Assembly (NCBI GenBank): GCA_963695095.1
Contig: CAVOFT010000001.1
Location: 672,001 to 736,000, forward strand
Source of the DNA: an uncultured bacterium
GTDB taxonomy: Bacteria; Krumholzibacteriota; Krumholzibacteriia; JACNKJ01
Direction: 5' to 3'
Length of the DNA stretch: 64,000 nt
The notes under the pieces were generated by a model. The model saw only the letters and a program-made list of their open reading frames with translations. It did not search any database and was not told where the DNA came from. Both the position numbers and the translations under genes were made by a program. Shown here one piece after another: positions 39,212-49,071 of the stretch (position 1 is its first letter; the number at the start of each line of letters is the position of its first letter).

Positions 39212-41683
39212 ATGGGCATCTCACTGAAGAGCTGGTGGATTGTTCTGGCCATGGCTGCCGCGCTCACCGGCATTGCCGGTCCCTCGAGCGCAGGCGAAGA
39301 GGGCGGGTCCGGCCTCCTGCGCGTGGATCGAGCCTTCAGCCTCGGCTTCGGCCGGCCGCTGGTCTCGATCTATAGCGGGCTCTATAGCCGGGATTTCACC
39401 GGCGGCGAGGACCGCTTCTACACCCTCACGCCCGGCGTGACGCTCGGGCTCGGCGGCGGCTTCGAAGGCTCGGCCTCGCTGCCCTTGGAGGGACTGTCCA
39501 GCAAGCTGGAAGCGGATCCCTTCGACCGCCGCTTCGACATCCGCCACCGCGATCTGAGCGCGCGCCTGCGCTGGACGGCGCCGCTGGGCACCCTGCGCCT
39601 GCGCGCCGGCGTCGAGGGATTGCTCGGCCTGCCCCTGGGCGATACGACACGCGCCAGCGGCACGAGCAAGGCCGATCCCGCGCTCGATACGGGCGTGATG
39701 GGTCTGGTGACGACCAATGTCGGCTGGTTCAGCTTTCCGATCCGCGTCCATGTCAACGCCGGTTACCTGTGGAGCCGGGACGACGGCGCCTTCTACACCC
39801 GCAGCCACCCGGTGGCGCTGCCGATCAGTGCCGGCGAGGGCGATGGCAATGACCTGGCCCTCTTCGGCCTGGCCCTCGAGACGGGCCTGCGCCGGATGTC
39901 GGTCTTCGCGGAGCTGACCACGGAGCAATTCGTGGAGGCGCGCGGCGCGCTCACGGGCAAGGAGAACCTCTGGCTGCTGACGCCGGGACTGCGCACGAAG
40001 CTCACCCCCACGATCGAGCTCACGGCGGGAGTCTCCTTCAACCTCTCGTCGGACGATACCGACACGGCCTTCGATCCCGGCGAGGTGTTTCCCGACTACC
40101 AGCTGCGACTCGGCCTGACCCTGGGCGATATCCTGGCCCGGGAGCGCGCCGAGGCGAAGCAGCTGACGCCGATCATTCCCCTCGCGGCCGAGCCGGAGCC
40201 CGCCGTCGAGGCAGAGGGCCTCGCGGCAATGGACGAGGCGGCGTCCCCGGAGGGCGAGCTCGCCGACACCGAAGCGCTCGCCGTGGCGGCAGCGGCGACG
40301 GATACGCTGCCGGTTGCAGCGGCGCCCCTGGCCGCGGAGGCCGTCGCCGTGAGCGACGAGCAGCCCGACGCGGTGGCCCCCGTGGCGACGCAGAAGGCCG
40401 CGCCGGCCGCTGCGGCGGCGCCCGTCGCCCCGGCAGTTGCGCCGGTCCCCGCTGCGGCCGCGCCCGTCGTCCCCGCGGCTGCGCCGGCCCCTGCCGCAAC
40501 GACACCGCGGCCAGCGCCGGTAGCGGCGACGCCGACGGCCGAGTCGCTGCGCGCCATCGAGGCTCGCCTGGATCGGCTCGAGCTGCGCGATCGCCTGTCG
40601 ACGATCGAGCGCCGGCTCTGGGAGCTCGAAGCGGGGGGCGGCGTCGCGCCCTCGCCGGCCCCCGTTCGCACGCCGCCGGTCTCGCTGCAAGCCACGCCCA
40701 GCGCTCCGCAGATGACGGTGGCTCCGCCGACGAACACGCCTGTTCCTCAGGCTGCCCCCGAGGCCGCACCTGAAGCCGCTGCGCCGCCGCAGGCTGCAGC
40801 GCCGGCAGCGGGCCAGGCCGCGCCGGCCACGGGCCAGGCCGCAGCGCCCGCGAGCGCTGTGGCCGCACCCAAGGCGATCGCGACAACGCCGCCGAAGCCG
40901 GCGACCCCCTCGGCGCGCGAGACCGAGCTGGCCGCCCGGGTCAAGACGCTGGAGACGGAGCTGGCGGCCGCCCAGACGCCGCCGGCCAAGCCCGTGGCGC
41001 CGGCGCCCAGCGAGCGCGAAGTGAAATTGACCCAGGAGGTCGAGGCGCTGCGGCAGCGCATGGACGATCTCGCCGCGCTGCAGGCCGCGCCTGCGGCACC
41101 GGCCCCCGCGCGCCCGGCGGAGATCAGCATTCCCATCACCGTGCCGACGACAACAGCGCCGAGCGGGAAGGCGAGCCTGCCGCCGGCCATCGGCACGGCC
41201 CTCGCGGAGACGGCGCCCAGTATTCCGGCCGCCGCGGCGCCCGCGGCGAGTGCCGCAGCTGAAGCCACGGCGCCCGCGGCGACGACCGCAGCGGAAGCAG
41301 CAGCGCCCGAGCCGGAAGCGGCCGCGGAACCCGGCTTTCCGCTCGCCGTCGGCGACACGATGGCGCTCGCGGGCTGGGCCTGGACGGAGGAGGAGCCCGT
41401 CGCGCCGCCGGTGCTCGCGGCGCTCGACTCCTTGGCCCTGGCGCTGACCGCGCACCGCGAGGTGCAGCTGGTGCTGCTCGTGCACGGCGGCGGCAGCGAC
41501 CGCGAGGCGGAGCTGTCACGCACCGCCGCGGCGGCGCAGTACCTGCGCGCCTACCTGGTGAGCGCTGGCGCCGACTCCGCGCAGGTGCAGCCGCTGGGCA
41601 TGGGGCTGTCCGAGCCCCTGGTGCCGATCGATGCGCCCGATGCGGTGCGCAATGCGCGGGTCGAGGTGGCGCGGGTGCGCTGA
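39212..41683 (+). CDS. Outer-membrane protein: N-terminal beta-barrel-like domain, long Pro/Ala linker, C-terminal OmpA-like domain
   Basis: Signal peptide; alternating beta-strands (RVHVNAGY); about 400 aa Pro/Ala-rich region; GMGLSEPL..RNARVEV. Confidence 0.7.
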   Translation: MGISLKSWWIVLAMAAALTGIAGPSSAGEEGGSGLLRVDRAFSLGFGRPLVSIYSGLYSRDFTGGEDRFYTLTPGVTLGLGGGFEGSASLPLEGLSSKLEADPFDRRFDIRHRDLSARLRWTAPLGTLRLRAGVEGLLGLPLGDTTRASGTSKADPALDTGVMGLVTTNVGWFSFPIRVHVNAGYLWSRDDGAFYTRSHPVALPISAGEGDGNDLALFGLALETGLRRMSVFAELTTEQFVEARGALTGKENLWLLTPGLRTKLTPTIELTAGVSFNLSSDDTDTAFDPGEVFPDYQLRLGLTLGDILARERAEAKQLTPIIPLAAEPEPAVEAEGLAAMDEAASPEGELADTEALAVAAAATDTLPVAAAPLAAEAVAVSDEQPDAVAPVATQKAAPAAAAAPVAPAVAPVPAAAAPVVPAAAPAPAATTPRPAPVAATPTAESLRAIEARLDRLELRDRLSTIERRLWELEAGGGVAPSPAPVRTPPVSLQATPSAPQMTVAPPTNTPVPQAAPEAAPEAAAPPQAAAPAAGQAAPATGQAAAPASAVAAPKAIATTPPKPATPSARETELAARVKTLETELAAAQTPPAKPVAPAPSEREVKLTQEVEALRQRMDDLAALQAAPAAPAPARPAEISIPITVPTTTAPSGKASLPPAIGTALAETAPSIPAAAAPAASAAAEATAPAATTAAEAAAPEPEAAAEPGFPLAVGDTMALAGWAWTEEEPVAPPVLAALDSLALALTAHREVQLVLLVHGGGSDREAELSRTAAAAQYLRAYLVSAGADSAQVQPLGMGLSEPLVPIDAPDAVRNARVEVARVR

Positions 41684-41712
41684 GCCGAGGGCGCACGCCC
41701 GGGCGCCTGCGA

Positions 41713-43755
41713 TCAACCCAGCTCTTCCGCGGGGGACCGGGCAGCCCCCGGCGCGCGCAGCAGGCGCAGGCCGTTGGCGATGACCAGCAGCGAGGCGCCC
41801 ATGTCCGCCACGATGGCCATCCAGAGCGTGGCCTGACCGGCGAGCGCAAGGCCGAGGAAGAGCAGCTTCAGGCCGAGGGCGAGCGCCACGTTCTGCCGGA
41901 TCACCGCCAGCACGCGCCGCGAGTGCATGACCAGCCAGGGCAGTCGCCCGAGGTCGTCGGTCATGAGCGCGATGTCGGCCGTCTCGATGGCGGCGTCCGT
42001 GCCGATGGCGCCCATCGCGATGCCGAGGTCGGCCGCGGCCAGGGCCGGCGCGTCGTTGATGCCGTCACCCACCATGGCCACGGGGCCCGCCGCGCGCAGG
42101 GCGCGCACCGCCGCCGCCTTGTCGGCCGGCAGCAGACCCGCGTGGATCTCGGGGGAGGCCCCGCCGGCCGCGAGCGCCGGCGCCAGGGCCAGCGCCACGC
42201 CCTCGCTGTCGCCGCTGAGCACCTGCTGCCGCGCGAGGCCGAGCCGCGCCAGCGCGCCGAGGGCGGCCGGCGCCTCGGGGCGCAGGCTGTCGCGAGCGGC
42301 GAGCAGGCCGAGGCAGCGCTCGCCGTCGGCGAGCACGAGCAGCGTGTGGCCCTCGCTCTCCAAGGCAGCTGCCGCGGCGGCGAGGGCGGACAGGGGATGG
42401 CCGAGCTCCTCCATCCAGGCCGGGCTGCCCAGCCACAGCTCGCAGCCCTCGACGCGGCCGTGGAGGCCGCGGCCCGGCACGGTTTCCAGATCCCTCGCGC
42501 CCGCGGCTTGCAGTCCCTTCGCTGCGGCGGCCTCGCGCACGGCGGCGGCCAGGGGATGGTTGCTGTGCGCCTCGAGCCCGGCGGCCAGGGCGAGCAGGCC
42601 GCCCTCGTCCAGGCCCCCCTCCGGCGCCGGCAATAGCAGTTCGACGCGCAGACGCCCGCGGCTCAGCGTGCCCGTCTTGTCGAAGGCGATGGCGGCGAGC
42701 CGTGCGGGCAGCTCCAGGTAGACGCCGCCCTTGATCAGCACGCCCTCGCGCGCCGCCCGCGCGAGCCCGGCCACGATGCTCACCGGCGTGGAGATCACCA
42801 GCGCGCAGGGGCAGGCGATCACGAGGATCACCAGCGCCTGATAGGCCCAGTGGGCCCAGCCGCCGCCGGCGACCAGCGGCGGCAGCAGCGCGACGAGGGC
42901 CGCCACGCCCAGCATGACCGGCGTGTAGACGCGCGCGAAGCGGTCCACCCAGCGCTCGGCCTGCGCGCGACTGCCCCGCGCCTGCTCGACCTCGCGCAGG
43001 ATGCGCGCGAGCAGGCTTTCGCGCGAGGTGTGCGTCACCTCGATCTCGAGCAGGCTCTCGCCGTTCACGCAGCCGGCGAAGACGGCGTCCCCGGGCAGCT
43101 TTGCCACCGGCAGCGATTCGCCCGTGATCGGCGACTGGTCCACCGTGCCCTGTCCATGCAGCACGCGACCGTCCAGGGGCATCCTCTCGCCGGCCAGCAC
43201 CCGCAGCCGCGCGCCGGCCGCCACCGACTCCACGGGCAGCAGCTGCTCCGCCTGGCCCTCGCCGAGCACCCGGGCGCGCTCGGGCGCCAGCGCGAGCAGC
43301 CCCGCGATGGCCCGCCGCGCGCGGTCCACGCTCCAGGATTCGAGCAGCAGGCTGAAGGCGAACAGGAAGCTCACCGTGGCCGCCTCGAAGCGCTCGCCGA
43401 GGGCGAGGGCGCCGAGCACGGCCAGGCTCATCAGCAGGTTCATGTCCGGCCGCAGGCGGACCAGAGAGCGCCAGGCTCGCGGCGCGACCAGCCAGAAGCC
43501 GGCGGCCACCGCGAGCAGGTAGAGGAGGGTGACCGCCGCCGGCATCGGCGCGGCCGCGACGCCGAGGGCGGCCCGCCAGCCGGCCTGGGCAAGGTGGGAG
43601 GCGAAGGCCGCAAGGAGGGTCAGGCCGCTGGCTGCGGTCAGCAGAGCCGGCGCCCAGCGCGCGCGCAGCCCCGCGGTGGCCACGCCGGCGGCCGGCGCGG
43701 CGCAGGCCTCGCCGCAGGCGCAGGCGATGCTCTCGGTGCCGGGCGGGTGAGCCAC
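41713..43755 (-). CDS. Heavy-metal P1B-2 type ATPase (Zn/Cd/Pb, ZntA/CadA-like)
   Basis: DMNLLM, TGES, CPC, DKTGT, HP, MVGDGINDAP, TM Lys and ADMG. Confidence 0.92.
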   Translation of the reverse strand: MAHPPGTESIACACGEACAAPAAGVATAGLRARWAPALLTAASGLTLLAAFASHLAQAGWRAALGVAAAPMPAAVTLLYLLAVAAGFWLVAPRAWRSLVRLRPDMNLLMSLAVLGALALGERFEAATVSFLFAFSLLLESWSVDRARRAIAGLLALAPERARVLGEGQAEQLLPVESVAAGARLRVLAGERMPLDGRVLHGQGTVDQSPITGESLPVAKLPGDAVFAGCVNGESLLEIEVTHTSRESLLARILREVEQARGSRAQAERWVDRFARVYTPVMLGVAALVALLPPLVAGGGWAHWAYQALVILVIACPCALVISTPVSIVAGLARAAREGVLIKGGVYLELPARLAAIAFDKTGTLSRGRLRVELLLPAPEGGLDEGGLLALAAGLEAHSNHPLAAAVREAAAAKGLQAAGARDLETVPGRGLHGRVEGCELWLGSPAWMEELGHPLSALAAAAAALESEGHTLLVLADGERCLGLLAARDSLRPEAPAALGALARLGLARQQVLSGDSEGVALALAPALAAGGASPEIHAGLLPADKAAAVRALRAAGPVAMVGDGINDAPALAAADLGIAMGAIGTDAAIETADIALMTDDLGRLPWLVMHSRRVLAVIRQNVALALGLKLLFLGLALAGQATLWMAIVADMGASLLVIANGLRLLRAPGAARSPAEELG

Positions 43756-43759
43756 CGCG

Positions 43760-44089
43760 CTAGGCCGAGAAGCTGGTGCCGCAGCCGCAGCCGCCGGTGG
43801 CGTTGGGATTCTCGAAGCGGAAGCCGCCGCCGAGCAGCTTCTGCTCGAAGTCGATCACGAGGCCCTTGATGTAGAAGTAGCTCTTCATGTCGACCACCAC
43901 CGGCACCCCCTGGCTCTCGAAGCGCTGGTCGGCGTCGCCGAGGCCCGCGGCATCCTCCAGGCCCAGCTCGTAGCTGAAGCCGCTGCAGCCGCCGCTCTTG
44001 ATGCCCAGGCGCAGGTGGGCCTGCGTCTGGCCGGACTGGGCCATGAGCCGCCGCACTTCGCTCGCCGCGTTTTCCGTGAGTGTGATCAT
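43760..44089 (-). CDS. iscA: A-type Fe-S carrier (IscA/HesB/ErpA family)
   Basis: [30 protein letters not shown]. Confidence 0.92.
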   Translation of the reverse strand: MITLTENAASEVRRLMAQSGQTQAHLRLGIKSGGCSGFSYELGLEDAAGLGDADQRFESQGVPVVVDMKSYFYIKGLVIDFEQKLLGGGFRFENPNATGGCGCGTSFSA

Positions 44090-45742
44090 GCCATGCCGCT
44101 CCTTGCCTGTTCGATGGATTCCAGGGACTCGCGCCGCGGGTCGGCGGCGCGCAGCGCTCGGACGGCGGCGGCCACCGCCGCCACGGTGGAAGCAATCTCC
44201 TCGCCCGTCGTGAAGCGGCCGAGGCTGAATCGCAGGGCGCCGGCCGCGCGGGCTCTGTCCAGCCCCATCGCCGCCAGCACGTGGGAGGGGGCCTCGCTGG
44301 CCGTGCTGCAGGCCGAGGCGCTGGAGAGCGCGATGTTGCGCAGGCGCATGAGCAGGCCGTCGGCATCCACGCCCGCGAAGCTCAGGTTGAGGTTGCCGGC
44401 GAGCCGCGGCGAGCGGGCGCCGTTGAGCGCGACGCCGTCGAGGCGTTCGCCGAGGCCGGCAAGCAGGGCGTCGCGCAGCCCGGCAAGGCGCTGGGCTTCC
44501 GCGGCCATCTCCGCCGCGGCCAGGCGCGCCGCCGCGCCCAGGCCCACGATGCCGGGCACGTTGAGCGTGCCCGAGCGCAGGCCCTTCTCGTGGCCGCCGC
44601 CGTGAAGCTGGGGCTCCAGGCGCACGCGCGGCTCGCGCCGGCGCAGGTAGAGCGCGCCCACGCCCTTGGGCCCGTAGAGCTTGTGCGCCGAGAGGCTGAG
44701 CAGGTCGATCTGCATGGCCTCGACGTCGAGGGGGATCTTGCCCGCCGCCTGCGCCGCGTCCACGTGCAGGAGAACGCCGCGCGCGCGCGTCAGCGCGCCG
44801 ATCTCGGCGATGGGGTGGACGAGGCCGATCTCGTTGTTGGCCGCCATCAGGCTGACGAGCACGGTGTCCGGCCGCAGCGCGCCGCGCAGGGCGTCCAGGT
44901 CGAGGCGGCCCTCGCCGTCCACGCCGAGCACGGTGACTTCCCAGCCCCGCCGCGCGAGCGCCTGCAGGGGATCGAGCACCGAGGGATGCTCGGTGGCGCA
45001 GGTCACCAGGTGGCGGCCGCGCTCGGCGGTGGGCCTCGGCCGCGCCCTTGAGCGCCAGGTTGTTGGATTCGGTGGCCCCGCTCGTGAAGACGATCTCGCC
45101 CGGCGCGGCGCCGATGAGCGCAGCCACGTCCGCCCGCGCGAGCTTCACGGCCGCGGCCGCCTCCCAGCCGAAGCTGTGCTGGCGGCTGGCGGCGTTGCCG
45201 AAGCGCCCGTCTTCGTAGGGCGCCATTGCGGCGCGCACGCGCGGGTCCAGCGGCGTGGTCGCCTGGTTGTCGAGGTAGATGCTGCGCGGCCGCGCGCCGT
45301 CCGCCCCCGGGGGCGGATCGGCGAGCCGAGCCGCGGCGCCGGGGAGGGCCACCTCGCCGTGGCCGGCGAGTTCCACGAGACTGAGCGCCGCGAAGCGCGC
45401 GGCCAGCTCCGCCTGCACGGCGGCCAGGGGCGCCGAGTAGCCGCAGGAGCGGGCCGCCGCCTGGCCCACGCCATTGGTCGCCGCATCCTCGACGGCCTCG
45501 ATGATGGCCCCCAGGGAGATCGCCGCCGGCGGCCGGGCGAGCCGGTAGCCGCCCCGGGCGCCCAGCTGGCTCTCGCAGAGACCGGCTCGCGCCATCGCCT
45601 GCAGGAGCTTGGCCGTGAGCTGGACGGGGATGTCGTGGCAGGCCGCGATCTCCCTGGCGCTGACCAGGCCGGCATCGCTGCGCGAGGCCATGTGGAGCAG
45701 GGCCTGGACCGCGTAATCCGTTTTTCGATTGAACTTTAGCAC
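44086..45742 (-). CDS. iscS: Rrf2 (IscR-like) regulator fused to IscS-type cysteine desulfurase (one indel near 45020)
   Basis: Rrf2 wHTH ([17 protein letters not shown]) continuous in frame into [52 protein letters not shown]. Confidence 0.82.
45301..45316. repeat. 16-bp palindrome CCGCCCCCGGGGGCGG, copy 3
   Basis: 22-bp identity (…ATCGGC) with 13139-13160; lies in the Rrf2-IscS linker. Confidence 0.55.
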
Positions 45743-45774
45743 GGTGGCCCCTGAACCGGAGTCCGGGGTGGCAA

Positions 45775-45797
45775 ATGCCGACCGATTTGGTCGGGAT
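45775..45797. promoter_or_regulatory. Palindromic Rrf2/IscR-type operator
   Basis: AT-G-CCGACC-GATTT-GGTCGG-G-AT, immediately downstream of the -10 box. Confidence 0.65.
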
Positions 45798-47104
45798 CAC
45801 AAGGTAGGCGGCGCGGCCCCGCCTGTCAAGGCGGGATCCTTGGGCAGGAGGGCCAGCAGGATCAGGCCCACGAGGAAGAAGGCGCCCAGGGCCAGGATGG
45901 AGAGCCGGGCCGTGCCGGTCAGCTGCCGGATCAGCGCGAAGAGGACCGGCCCGCCGATGGCGCTGAACTTGGCGAAGACGCTGTAGAAGCCGAAGTACTC
46001 GGCGCTCTTGGCCGGCGGCACGAAGCGCGCGAAGAAGCTGCGGCTGAGCGCCTGCGTGGCGCCGAGGCAGAAGCCCACCGCGGCGCCGAGCAGCCAGAAC
46101 TCCCAGGCGGCGGCGAGCCGGTAGCCCCAGAACACCACGGCGATCCAGATGACGAGGCTCAGCATCAGCGCGCCGCGCGCGCCGATGCGCACGGCAATGC
46201 GGCCGAAGAGCAGGGCGCCCGGCACGCCCACGATCTGCACCAGCAGCAGCGTGCCAAGTAGCGTGCCCGTGCCCAGGTGCAGCTCGTCCTTGCCGTAGAT
46301 CGAGGCCATCTTGACCACGGTCTGCACGCCGTCGTTGTAGAAGAGGAAGGCCAGGCAGAACACGGCCATCGCCGGCCGCGCCAGCACGCCGCGGAAGCTG
46401 AGACCGGTTTCGCGCAGGGCGCCCGGCAGCGACAGGCGGCGCGCCGGCGGCCCGGCCGGCTCCGCCAGCCAGCGCCAGGCGAGCAGGCCGAAGCCGCCCC
46501 ACCAAAGACCAGCCGAGCAGAGCGCGAGCCGCACTGCCCACTCCTTGCTGAGGCCGAAGCTGCCGTGCAGCTGGATCAGCAGCAGGTCGAGGAGGAAGAG
46601 GAGGCCGCCGCCCGCGTAACCCCAGGCGAAGCCGCGGGCGCTGATCGCGTCCTGCGCGGCGGGCGGGCCGAGCGTGGGCAGGAAGGCGTCGTAGAAGACG
46701 TTCGCGGCGACGAAGAGCGTCGCCGCGGCGATGTAGAGGCCGAGGGCGAGGGCCACGTCGCCGGGACCCACGGTGAGGAGCAGGCTGGTGGCGAAGGCCC
46801 CCGGCAGGAAGCAGCCGATCAGCCAGCGCCGGCGGGAGCGGGAGGCGTCGGCCATGGCGCCGAGCAAAGGCGCGCTGAGAAAGACCAGCAGCGAGGAGAA
46901 GCCCGAGGCGTAGCCCCAGAGGCTGGTGGCGCTGAGCGTGGCGCCGAAGAGGCGGGCCCCGCCGGCCGGCACCACCGCCTCGGCGAAGTAGACGGGCAGC
47001 AGCGCCGCGAGGATGACCGTCGCGAAGGCCGAGTTCGCCCAGTCGTAGAGATACCAGCCGCGCAGGCTGCGGGCGGCGGCGCTCACCGGGCCGCGGGCCT
47101 TCAC
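45797..47104 (-). CDS. MFS transporter (UMF1/Atg22-like)
   Basis: WYLYDWANSAF, NVFYDAFL, GFAWGYAGG, FYNDGVQT, QALSRS, EYFGFY. Confidence 0.88.
   Translation of the reverse strand: MKARGPVSAAARSLRGWYLYDWANSAFATVILAALLPVYFAEAVVPAGGARLFGATLSATSLWGYASGFSSLLVFLSAPLLGAMADASRSRRRWLIGCFLPGAFATSLLLTVGPGDVALALGLYIAAATLFVAANVFYDAFLPTLGPPAAQDAISARGFAWGYAGGGLLFLLDLLLIQLHGSFGLSKEWAVRLALCSAGLWWGGFGLLAWRWLAEPAGPPARRLSLPGALRETGLSFRGVLARPAMAVFCLAFLFYNDGVQTVVKMASIYGKDELHLGTGTLLGTLLLVQIVGVPGALLFGRIAVRIGARGALMLSLVIWIAVVFWGYRLAAAWEFWLLGAAVGFCLGATQALSRSFFARFVPPAKSAEYFGFYSVFAKFSAIGGPVLFALIRQLTGTARLSILALGAFFLVGLILLALLPKDPALTGGAAPPTL
45801..45829 (-). promoter_or_regulatory. Sigma70 promoter of rrf2-iscS operon
   Basis: Minus strand TTGACA-17 bp-TACCTT inside the 3' end of the MFS gene. 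Confidence 0.65.
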
Positions 47105-47645
47105 CGCAAGCCCTCGGCCGCGAGCAGCCCTGCCTCGAAGCGCTGCCTGAGCAGGGCGGCCGGCGCCGTGCCGAGGATCAGCCGCCGCGGGCCGTGGGCG
47201 CCGAGCACCAGGGTCTTCTCGATGTCGGCCGTGCGGCTCGGTCCCGTGATCAGGGTGAGCGCGTGGCCCGCTCGCGCGCGCCAGGCGCTGGGATCGGCCG
47301 CCGGCGCCGCGCCGATCGCGGCGAGGTAGTCCGCGAGGCTCTCGTACAGCCGCTCCTCCGCTGCGAGCGCGAAGTGGGTCTCGGCGAGGAAGGCCGCGCG
47401 CCGCGCGCCGGCGTGCCGCGCGGAGAGGATCAGCGTGCCGCTCTCGGCGATGAGTCCCCTCGATGAGCGTGGCCCCGCGGCCATCTTCCGCGAGGCCGGC
47501 GGCGGCGAACCTGCCCTCGGCGAACCGCGGCCAGGCAGCCTCGGCGAGGAAGGCATCCAGCGCGGCAAGATCCGCGAGACGGCGCCATTCGCTGTGGCTC
47601 TCGGCGAGGCGCGTCGTCGAGCGTGGCGAGCAGGGTGCCGTTCAC
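47101..47645 (-). CDS. lutC: LUD-domain lactate utilization protein C (indel)
   Basis: IAESGTL, ITGPSRTADIEKTLVLGAHGP. Confidence 0.82.
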
Positions 47646-49071
47646 GAGAGCCGCCCGGGATGGCGCCGCTTCAGCTCGGCGGCGAAGCTGCGGCGAGGGG
47701 CGGCCGGCAGCGCGCGCTCGGTGCTCCAGTCGCGGCCGAGCGCGGAGGCCAGGCCGCGCAGAGGCGAGCGCAGCCCCGCGCGCAGCAGGGCGCCCGCGCA
47801 GCGCCAGGCCCGGGCCGCGCCGTCAGCGCGGCGAAGAAGCCGCCAGGGCCGCGCGCTGCCCGCCGGGCCCGCGGCCTCCCGCGCCGCGCGCGCCTTCCAG
47901 ATCAGCGTCGGGCAGGGGAATCGCCGCCGGGCAGATCTCCGCGCAGGCGCCGCAGAGGGCGCAGACGTCGGCGAGGCTGCCGGCCGGCGCGTGCGCCGAG
48001 CGCCCGTCGGCGGCGAGCGCCGTCCCGCCGAGATAGGGCGCGAGGAGGATGCCCATCGGCCCCGGATAGACGCCGCCATAGCTGTGCCCGCCCGCGTGGC
48101 GGAAGCAGGGGCAGACGTTCAGGCAGCTGCCGCAGCGCAGGCAGGCGAGGATCTCCGCCTCGGGGCTCGCGGCCAGCGCGCGGCGGCCGTTGTCGAGGAA
48201 GATGAGGTGGCGCGCGGTCGGGCCATCGCCGGCCGGCGCGGGGCCGTTGATGAGGCTGGTGTAGCTGCCCGCGCGCTGGCCGGTGGCGTTCAGCGGCAGC
48301 AGGCGCAGCAGGGGATCGAGGTCGGCCAGGCGCGGCAGCACCTTCTCGATGCCGGCGATCGCGATGTGCAGGGGCGGCAGGCTCGAGGTCAGCCCGATGT
48401 TGCCCTCGTTCTCCAGCAGCAGCAGGCTGCCCGTCTCGGCGACGACGAAGTTCGCGCCCGTGATGCCGGCCCCGGCGGCGAGGAACTTGCCGCGCAGGTG
48501 CGCGCGGGCCTGCGCGGTGAGGGTCTCGGGGTCCTCGCTGGCCGGCCCGAGCCGGCGCTCGGCGAAGAGGGCGCCGATCTGGCGGCGGTTCAGGTGCAGG
48601 GCCGGCGCCGTGATGTGGCTGGGCCGCTGGCCGAGCTGCTGCACGATGAACTCGCCGAGGTCGGTCTCGACCACCTCGATGCCGGCGGCCTCGAGGGCGG
48701 GGTTGAGATCGATCTCCTCGGTGATCATCGACTTGCTCTTCACGACGAGGCGCGACGCCGGCCGCGGCGAGAAGCGCGAGCACGATGGCGCGCGCGGCAG
48801 CCGCATCGGCGGCCTCGTGCACGGTGAAGCCCGCCTCGGCGAGGCGCGTCTTGGCCTCGGCGAGCAGGGCCTCGCGCGCCGCGGGGCTCTGGCGCCGGGC
48901 CGCGGCGACGGCCTCGCGATCGGCGTCGGCGCTGGGCAGCTCGGCGAGCAGGGCGCGGCGCTTGGCCAGGGTCTGCGCGGTGGCCCGGCGGAGGTTGCCG
49001 TGCAGCTCCGCGTCGGCGAGGGCGGCGGCGCTGCGGCGGCGGAAGGCGCGGGTGGCGGCGGCGCGCATCAT
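47642..49071 (-). CDS. lutB: Lactate utilization protein B, Fe-S (indels)
   Basis: VKSKSMITEEI, ETDLGEFIVQ, PSHITAPALH, ENEGN, CLRCGSCLNVCP, YPGPMG, CALCGACAEICP. Confidence 0.88.

Noticed and set aside
40300..41330. Repeat array or CRISPR-like periodicity
   Set aside because: Low-complexity Pro/Ala codons within one ORF; no fixed repeat-spacer structure here or elsewhere in the window
43760..45742. 660-aa Rrf2-IscS-IscA triple fusion in the ORF track
   Set aside because: Caused by the indel near 45020; in the corrected frame IscS stops at 44086 and iscA has its own RBS and ATG at 44089
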